From: Thermotogota bacterium
Lineage (GTDB): Bacteria > Thermotogota > Thermotogae > Petrotogales > Petrotogaceae
Direction of reading: 5' to 3'
Length of the DNA stretch: 13,036 nucleotides
Assembly (NCBI GenBank): GCA_051748045.1
Contig: JBNJGY010000049.1
Coordinates: 1-13,036 of the forward strand
Below, piece by piece: positions 8,312 to 13,036 of the stretch. The notes beneath the pieces were generated by a model, which saw only the letters and a program-made list of their open reading frames with translations, did not search any database and was not told the origin of the DNA. The translations under genes and the position numbers were made by a program. Position 1 is the first letter of the stretch. Every line of letters starts with the position of its first letter.

Positions 8312-8887
8312 ATGGGTAAAGTAGCATTTTATTTATATGATTCTATGGTTGATTTCGAGACATCTCTGTTATCTCATTTTATGAAAAGTTTTAGTGATAA
8401 AGAGGTGATCTATTTTTCAAAAGACAATTCAGAAGTTAAGGCATCTTCAGGTGTAATTTTGAAATCAGAAAAATCTATTGAGGAAGTTTTAGAATTTGAT
8501 GATATTGAGGCATTGATATTTCCAGGGGGGCTTGAAAGAAAAAAATATCCTGAACTAACAAAACTTATAAATAAAGTCTATGAGAATAAAGGTTTAATAG
8601 CTGCAATATGTGCAGGACCAGAATTTTTGACTGAAACTAATATATTGGATAAACACAAATATACAACTACTATGAAGAAAGAAGAATACGATAAAAAAGA
8701 AATGGAAGATCCTTTTAACAGAGAAAAATTTTCTTTGGATTTATTGGTTAGAGATGAGAATGTTATAACAGCTGTTGGTAGATCTTTTATTGATTTTACT
8801 TTTGAAGTTATTGATTACTTTAAAATGTTTAAAACAGAAGAAGATAAAAATACTTTTAAAAAGTTATATAAAGGGGAAAAAATATAA
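8312..8887 (+). CDS. DJ-1/PfpI family protein
   Basis: Motifs DFE, ALIFPGG, nucleophile elbow IAAICAGP and VRDENVITA. AGGGGG RBS. Confidence 0.92.
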   Translation: MGKVAFYLYDSMVDFETSLLSHFMKSFSDKEVIYFSKDNSEVKASSGVILKSEKSIEEVLEFDDIEALIFPGGLERKKYPELTKLINKVYENKGLIAAICAGPEFLTETNILDKHKYTTTMKKEEYDKKEMEDPFNREKFSLDLLVRDENVITAVGRSFIDFTFEVIDYFKMFKTEEDKNTFKKLYKGEKI

Positions 8888-8916
8888 GAAGGCTTTTATA
8901 AGTCTTCTTTTTTTTT
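8886..8916 (+). terminator. Intrinsic terminator after the DJ-1/PfpI gene
   Basis: AAGAAGGCTT-TTAT-AAGTCTTCTT followed by a long T run. Confidence 0.8.
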
Positions 8917-8924
8917 GTTATAAT
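8896..8924 (+). promoter_or_regulatory. Candidate extended -10 promoter of proC
   Basis: TGTTATAAT at 8916-8924. Weak -35 TTATAA at 8896-8901 (17-bp spacer), embedded in the upstream terminator. Confidence 0.55.
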
Positions 8925-8958
8925 TATTAATGAAGCTAACTAATTTGGAGGAGATAAT

Positions 8959-9741
8959 ATGAAAATAGGATTTTGTGGTTGTGGAAATATGGGATCAGCA
9001 ATATTAGGAGGAATTATTGAATCTAATGTTGTTTCACAAGAAGATATTTTTATACATGAACCAAGTGAAGAAAATGTTGAGAGAATATACAATAAATATG
9101 AAAGAGTTAATTTTTTAAAGTCAAATAAAGAAATAGTAGAAAAAAGTGATTTTATTTTTATTGCTGTAAAACCTTATTTGTACAAAGAAGTATTAAAGGA
9201 GATAAAAGAAAAATTAGATAGAGAAAAAATAGTTATAACTATTGCACCTGGTATTAGCATTGAAGATACAAAAAATATGATATCTAATAAAGCAAAAGTA
9301 GCTAGAACAATGCCAAACACACCAGCCCTTGTAAGAACTGGTATGACGGCGGTTTCATTTGATAAAGAGATTAAACAAGATGAAAAGACTAATTTAATTA
9401 GTATTTTAGAAGCATTTGGAGAAGTAGAAGAAATAAAAGAAAACCTCATGGATCATGTTCCAGCTGTTTCTGGTTCTTCACCTGCATATGTTTATATGAT
9501 GATAGAAGCCATGGCAGACGGAGCTGTAAAAGCAGGAATACCCAGAAATAAAGCTTATAAATTTGCAGCACAAGCAGTAATGGGTGCAGCAAAAATGGTT
9601 CTTGAAACAGGAGCTCATCCAGGTATGTTAAAAGACGCTGTTTGCTCACCAGGTGGAACTACAATAAAGTCTGTAGCTAAATTAGAAGAAAAAGGATTTA
9701 GAAGTGCTATAATAGAAGCAATGAAAGAATGTTACATGTAA
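8959..9741 (+). CDS. proC: Pyrroline-5-carboxylate reductase
   Basis: Motifs KIGFCGCGNMGSAI, AVKP, RTMPNTP, SGSSPAY and VCSPGGTTI. GGAGGA RBS. Confidence 0.98.
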   Translation: MKIGFCGCGNMGSAILGGIIESNVVSQEDIFIHEPSEENVERIYNKYERVNFLKSNKEIVEKSDFIFIAVKPYLYKEVLKEIKEKLDREKIVITIAPGISIEDTKNMISNKAKVARTMPNTPALVRTGMTAVSFDKEIKQDEKTNLISILEAFGEVEEIKENLMDHVPAVSGSSPAYVYMMIEAMADGAVKAGIPRNKAYKFAAQAVMGAAKMVLETGAHPGMLKDAVCSPGGTTIKSVAKLEEKGFRSAIIEAMKECYM

Positions 9742-9750
9742 GTTCAAGAT

Positions 9751-9778
9751 TAATTAAATTTTAACTTTCAACCGATAA
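9751..9778 (+). promoter_or_regulatory. Candidate sigma-28 (FliA/SigD) promoter
   Basis: ACCGATAA at 9771-9778 (7/8 match to GCCGATAA), with TAAT at 9751-9754 16 nt upstream (consensus TAAA-N15/16). Confidence 0.5.
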
Positions 9779-9802
9779 CATTAACACATGGAGGTGAAAG
9801 TT

Positions 9803-10165
9803 ATGAGAATTGATAGAATCAATGAAATAGAAAGAAAATATTCTGAGAGAACTCAGCCTGTTACAAATAACAGAGTAGAAAGTGTAAAAGATGATTATAA
9901 ACAATTTGATGAACATCTCCGAAGAGAAATGACAGAAGAAGAAAAAGAAAAAAACAAAAAAAATAAAAATAAAAGAAAATCTATGATTTTTTATCCTGAT
10001 ACTTTGGTTAGAAATGATATAGATTATAATAGAGTAATGTATACAAATCTTTCTGATAAAAAACAAAAACATGTAATAAAAAAAGATACATTTGAACTTT
10101 TTGCTGAAAGAAACAGCAAAATTAAAAAAGAGTCTAGAATCAAGCCAAGATATTTTAGAGGATAA
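9803..10165 (+). CDS. Hypothetical basic, charged protein (120 aa)
   Basis: Strong RBS GGAGGTGA at 9790-9797 supports ATG 9803 (MRIDRINEI) rather than 9788. It has its own terminator downstream. Confidence 0.75.
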   Translation: MRIDRINEIERKYSERTQPVTNNRVESVKDDYKQFDEHLRREMTEEEKEKNKKNKNKRKSMIFYPDTLVRNDIDYNRVMYTNLSDKKQKHVIKKDTFELFAERNSKIKKESRIKPRYFRG

Positions 10166-10166
10166 T

Positions 10167-10197
10167 AGCAAAACACCCTGACAGGGTGTTTTGTTTT
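10167..10197 (+). terminator. Intrinsic terminator
   Basis: CAAAACACCCTG-A-CAGGGTGTTTTG followed by TTTT, immediately after the stop at 10165. Confidence 0.88.
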
Positions 10198-10220
10198 AAA
10201 ATGATTTTTGGGGGGAAAAG

Positions 10221-11093
10221 ATGAATCCATTCAAGCAAATTAAAATTAGATATGTTTTTTTGGTAATACTAGGTTATATAGTTTTAAATATTTTTTTAGG
10301 TGATTATTTTGATGTTGAAAATAATATTTTAGGTGCTCTTTTAACACAAATTGGTTACCAATTGATTATATTTTTTTGGATGTTTTATGAGATGATAAAA
10401 GTTAATAAAACTGCTGACTTTAAAATACGGCATTTTTTTGAAAAAGATTATACTGAAAAAGACTTAACAACCGTTTATTTATTTTTACTATTTATAGCGT
10501 TGTTTTTTAGCAACATCATTTCTACTTCTATCATACAGTTAATGCCAGAATTTATACAAAATTATTTTGAAAGAATAATGAATGAGTACCAGGATGCAGT
10601 TGTTTTTTCACAGAACGGTTCTTTTCTGATTTCAACATTACAGTTTTTATCGATAGTTATCTTAGCACCTATTGTAGAAGAATTTTTTTATAGAGGATTT
10701 TTAATAAATAGGCTTTCATTGAAATTCAACTTGAGATGGGCTGTTTTAATATCGACAGTTTTGTTTACATTGGGCCATGGAGACATTATCGGAAGTTTTA
10801 TAAAAGGATATGCTTTTTCAATTTTATATATAAAAACTAAAAGTTTAAAATTACCTATTATTTTTCATGTTTTGAATAATTTAATAGCTTTTACCTTATT
10901 CAAAACTTTTGATTCTGTTGATGTTGAGAATCTCTATATTCCTAATTCTGTAGCGGTAATAATGTCTTTGCTAATTGTTATATCTTTTCCACTACTTATT
11001 CATTTTTTCTATATGTATAGAGTTAAAGATGAAAAAGTTTCACCATTTGAAAAAATATTTAATGGAGTTGATGAAAATGTACAAGATGAATAA
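10221..11093 (+). CDS. CPBP family (Abi / type II CAAX) intramembrane metalloprotease
   Basis: Motifs APIVEEFFYRG (EExxxR), FTLGH (FxxxH) and HVLNN (HxxxN). Multiple TM helices. Confidence 0.93.
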   Translation: MNPFKQIKIRYVFLVILGYIVLNIFLGDYFDVENNILGALLTQIGYQLIIFFWMFYEMIKVNKTADFKIRHFFEKDYTEKDLTTVYLFLLFIALFFSNIISTSIIQLMPEFIQNYFERIMNEYQDAVVFSQNGSFLISTLQFLSIVILAPIVEEFFYRGFLINRLSLKFNLRWAVLISTVLFTLGHGDIIGSFIKGYAFSILYIKTKSLKLPIIFHVLNNLIAFTLFKTFDSVDVENLYIPNSVAVIMSLLIVISFPLLIHFFYMYRVKDEKVSPFEKIFNGVDENVQDE

Positions 11094-12351
11094 ATCTGGT
11101 AATTTTGAATATATAAACACAAAAGCGAATAACAATAAATACATAACCCCTATGATTACTGATTCACATTTACATGTTATTAGTTATGGAGAAAAATTAT
11201 CTAATCCTGATCTAGAATTTAAAAGTATTTTAGAAATAAAGAATATAATTCAGAATAAATTAAAAGACAATCCAAAAAAACTTATTTTAAGAGGATGGTC
11301 AGAACCAGAAGTACCAAAAAAACAATTTTTAGATTCAATAGATAAGAATATTCCAATGATGATGGTTAGAAGATGTGGACATGTGGCAACAGTTAATTCT
11401 AAAATGCTAGAGAAAATTGATTTTTCTGGGTACGAAAGATATATTGATGAAAGAAATGGGATCATTTATGAACAAGCTTTAGAAATTGTTTATGGAGAAG
11501 TTGGTTATTACCAAAATATAGAAAAGTCTTTTAAAAAAGCCGAAGAAAAATTAATGGAAGATGGTTATGGTTTTATACATTCAGAAGATATACACGGAAT
11601 AACAAAAGATGATTTACCATTTAAAGATTCTAAAATTAAAGTTTATGAAAAAATAGCTGTAAATAATTTGCAAGAATTAAAGTTGTTTAAAAATCAAAAA
11701 TATTTTGAAGAATATAATTCAGTAAAAGTTTATACAGATGGGTCTTTTGGTGGCTGGACAGCTTTGATGAAAGATAATTATTCGGATAAAGCAACAAAAG
11801 GTAAAAAAGTATGGAATGATGAGGATTTAAAAAAGGTTCTCGAATTTTGTGAAGAAGAAAAACTACATTTGGCAATGCATGCTATTGGAGATGGAGCAGT
11901 TGAACAAATATTAAATATAGCAGAAGAAGTAAAACCAAAAGGGATGCATAGAATAATTCATTCTGCTGTTCTGCATGATAATCAATTAGACTTAATAAAA
12001 AAACACAATATAATCCTTGATATGCAACCCTCTTTTATCCCTTCAGATGAACCTATTTTAAAAAATAGATTAGGTGAAAGAACAAAAATAGCTTACAGAT
12101 TTAAAGATATTATAGATAAGAATATAAATTTATTTTTATCATCTGACGCTCCTGTTGAGGAGCCTGCTTGGATTAGATATTTCAATATTCTATCAAAACA
12201 GAATATTTCAAACAAAGATATATTAAACACTTTGATTTTTGCTCCTGAAATAATTGATGGTTTCGATAGAATAAAAGACATGGATGAAAGAAGATTAGTT
12301 TTTGAAGAAAACCCATTTGATAGAATAACAATACCAAATGTTGAAAAATAA
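11077..12351 (+). CDS. Amidohydrolase family 3 (YtcJ-like) metal-dependent hydrolase
   Basis: Motifs DSHLH, RGW, RRCGHVATVNS, K.YTDGSFG..TA, HAIGD.A, RIIH, MQP and SSDAPVE. Start probably ATG 11077 (GGAG at 11064-11067; 11071 and 11086 are alternatives), not 10975. Confidence 0.9.
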   Translation: MYKMNKSGNFEYINTKANNNKYITPMITDSHLHVISYGEKLSNPDLEFKSILEIKNIIQNKLKDNPKKLILRGWSEPEVPKKQFLDSIDKNIPMMMVRRCGHVATVNSKMLEKIDFSGYERYIDERNGIIYEQALEIVYGEVGYYQNIEKSFKKAEEKLMEDGYGFIHSEDIHGITKDDLPFKDSKIKVYEKIAVNNLQELKLFKNQKYFEEYNSVKVYTDGSFGGWTALMKDNYSDKATKGKKVWNDEDLKKVLEFCEEEKLHLAMHAIGDGAVEQILNIAEEVKPKGMHRIIHSAVLHDNQLDLIKKHNIILDMQPSFIPSDEPILKNRLGERTKIAYRFKDIIDKNINLFLSSDAPVEEPAWIRYFNILSKQNISNKDILNTLIFAPEIIDGFDRIKDMDERRLVFEENPFDRITIPNVEK

Positions 12352-12384
12352 AAAATAGCTTCCTGATTTCAGGAAGCTATTTTT
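12351..12384. terminator. Bidirectional intrinsic terminator
   Basis: AAAAATAGCTTCCTG-ATTT-CAGGAAGCTATTTTT directly after the amidohydrolase stop. Confidence 0.9.
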
Positions 12385-12541
12385 CTAATATTTCAAATAT
12401 GAGGGATGTTCTAAGGGTGATTATTACGGGCGGAGTTACACTCAACATTATATTACATCCAATAACTTAAAAAAAACTTATAAAAATCATTCCATAATTT
12501 TTGTTGGAGGTTGGGTAGCAAATTTTAATTTAGCTAAAAAC

Positions 12542-12570
12542 GAGATTTCTCCACGTTGGTCGAAATGACA
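12542..12570 (-). repeat. TGTC-tagged REP-like palindrome, short form, copy R1
   Basis: Minus strand TGTC-ATTTC-GA-C-CAACGT-G-GA-GAAAT-CTC; 24/29 identical to 12934-12962. Confidence 0.8.
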
Positions 12571-12585
12571 TGTTTAAAATTTGTT

Positions 12586-12606
12586 GTTGGATGTTGGAGG
12601 ATGGAG
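12586..12606 (+). repeat. Heptamer tandem repeat (GTTGGAN-like x3)
   Basis: GTTGGAT GTTGGAG GATGGAG. Related runs at 12503-12516 and 12772-12792. Confidence 0.6.
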
Positions 12607-12615
12607 GAAAAAATT

Positions 12616-12702
12616 GTTAAAAATAATCACAGCTGTCATTCTGAGAGAGTCACAAAGTGACGAACCGAAGAACCTCATCAGTAAATTTGCAAAGCAAATT
12701 AA
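12616..12702 (+). repeat. Long direct-repeat unit 1, containing the long-form TGTC-tagged palindrome U1 (12634-12676)
   Basis: Shares GTTAAAAATA, AGCTGTCATT, CATCAGTAAATTT and AAATTAA blocks with 12805-12893 (offset 189). Confidence 0.85.
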
Positions 12703-12804
12703 TAAGTAATTTAAAATAATAAATAGCGTTCTTCACAAGATCGAAAAAGTAGAAAATGTAAAACATTTTCTGTTGAAGGTTTATAGTTGGAAGTAAAAAA
12801 CATG

Positions 12805-12893
12805 GTTAAAAATAGCCATAGCTGTCATTTCGACTAAGATGCGTAGCATCGCATGGAGGAATCCCATCAGTAAATTTCACAAAGTGAAATTAA
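12805..12893 (+). repeat. Long direct-repeat unit 2, containing the long-form TGTC-tagged palindrome U2 (12823-12865)
   Basis: TGTC-ATTTC-GA-C-TAA-[GATGC-GTA-GCATC]-GCAT-G-GA-GGAAT-CCC, collinear with unit 1. Confidence 0.85.
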
Positions 12894-12933
12894 GCTTTTA
12901 AAACCATTCAATTTTCTTCGAAAATTTACTGAA

Positions 12934-12962
12934 GAGATGTCTCGACCTTGCTCGACATGACA
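12934..12962 (-). repeat. TGTC-tagged REP-like palindrome, short form, copy R2
   Basis: Minus strand TGTC-ATGTC-GA-G-CAAGGT-C-GA-GACAT-CTC, inverted relative to U2. Confidence 0.8.
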
Positions 12963-13036
12963 TACGCAACAGTTTTCAATACATGTTTTTACTAACAATA
13001 ATAAAAATTTTTGTACTATAATTCTCAATAGTTCAT

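Noticed and set aside
3935-8916. Integron cassette array (small stand-alone PhzF, GNAT and DJ-1 genes with palindromes)
   Set aside because: Genes alternate in orientation and have their own promoters. The palindromes look like ordinary terminators without attC RYYYAAC/GTTRRRY ends, and there is no integrase.
9174-9649. Minus-strand ORFs 9174..9449 and 9446..9649
   Set aside because: Antisense shadows inside proC.
9761-10171. 136-aa minus-strand ORF (and 10024..10230)
   Set aside because: Phe-rich shadow of the A-rich plus-strand gene, which has the RBS and terminator.
10975-11076. N-terminal extension of the amidohydrolase in the ORF track
   Set aside because: It would overlap the CPBP gene by more than 100 nt with no RBS. 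A better start with GGAG is at 11077.
11250-12281. Three short minus-strand ORFs
   Set aside because: Antisense shadows inside the amidohydrolase gene.
12400-12445. c-di-GMP-I riboswitch-like fragment (CTAAGG...GCGGAGTTAC)
   Set aside because: The 5' half (GCAAA motifs and GNRA-capped stem) is missing and no gene follows.
12500-13000. CRISPR array interpretation of the terminal repeats
   Set aside because: Repeats are divergent, of two lengths, in both orientations and irregularly spaced. No cas genes are in the window.

Overview
AT-rich bacterial chromosomal window. The gene content and style suggest a low-GC anaerobe such as a Thermotogota/Petrotogales-like organism, but this is inference only. 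Protein genes in order: a 5'-truncated methyl-accepting chemotaxis protein, a membrane-bound HD-GYP phosphodiesterase, a PhzF-family protein, an AIM24/TIGR00266 protein, a DUF1893 (TM1506-like) gene paired with an ECF S-component, a membrane protein, an ElaA-type GNAT, a DJ-1/PfpI protein, proC, a 120-aa hypothetical protein behind a candidate sigma-28 promoter, a CPBP intramembrane protease and a YtcJ-like amidohydrolase. Most genes end in clear intrinsic terminators. The most unusual signals are non-coding. (1) At 12500-13000 there is an array of four TGTC-tagged REP-like palindromes with covarying stems, invariant opposed GA/GA dinucleotides, triloop mini-hairpins and heptamer tandem repeats. 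(2) At 7559-7672 an orphan plus-strand unit has a consensus promoter, a Tyr-rich 19-codon ORF and a terminator, and converges on elaA. (3) An intrinsic terminator sits inside the elaA 5' leader, between a near-consensus promoter and the RBS.
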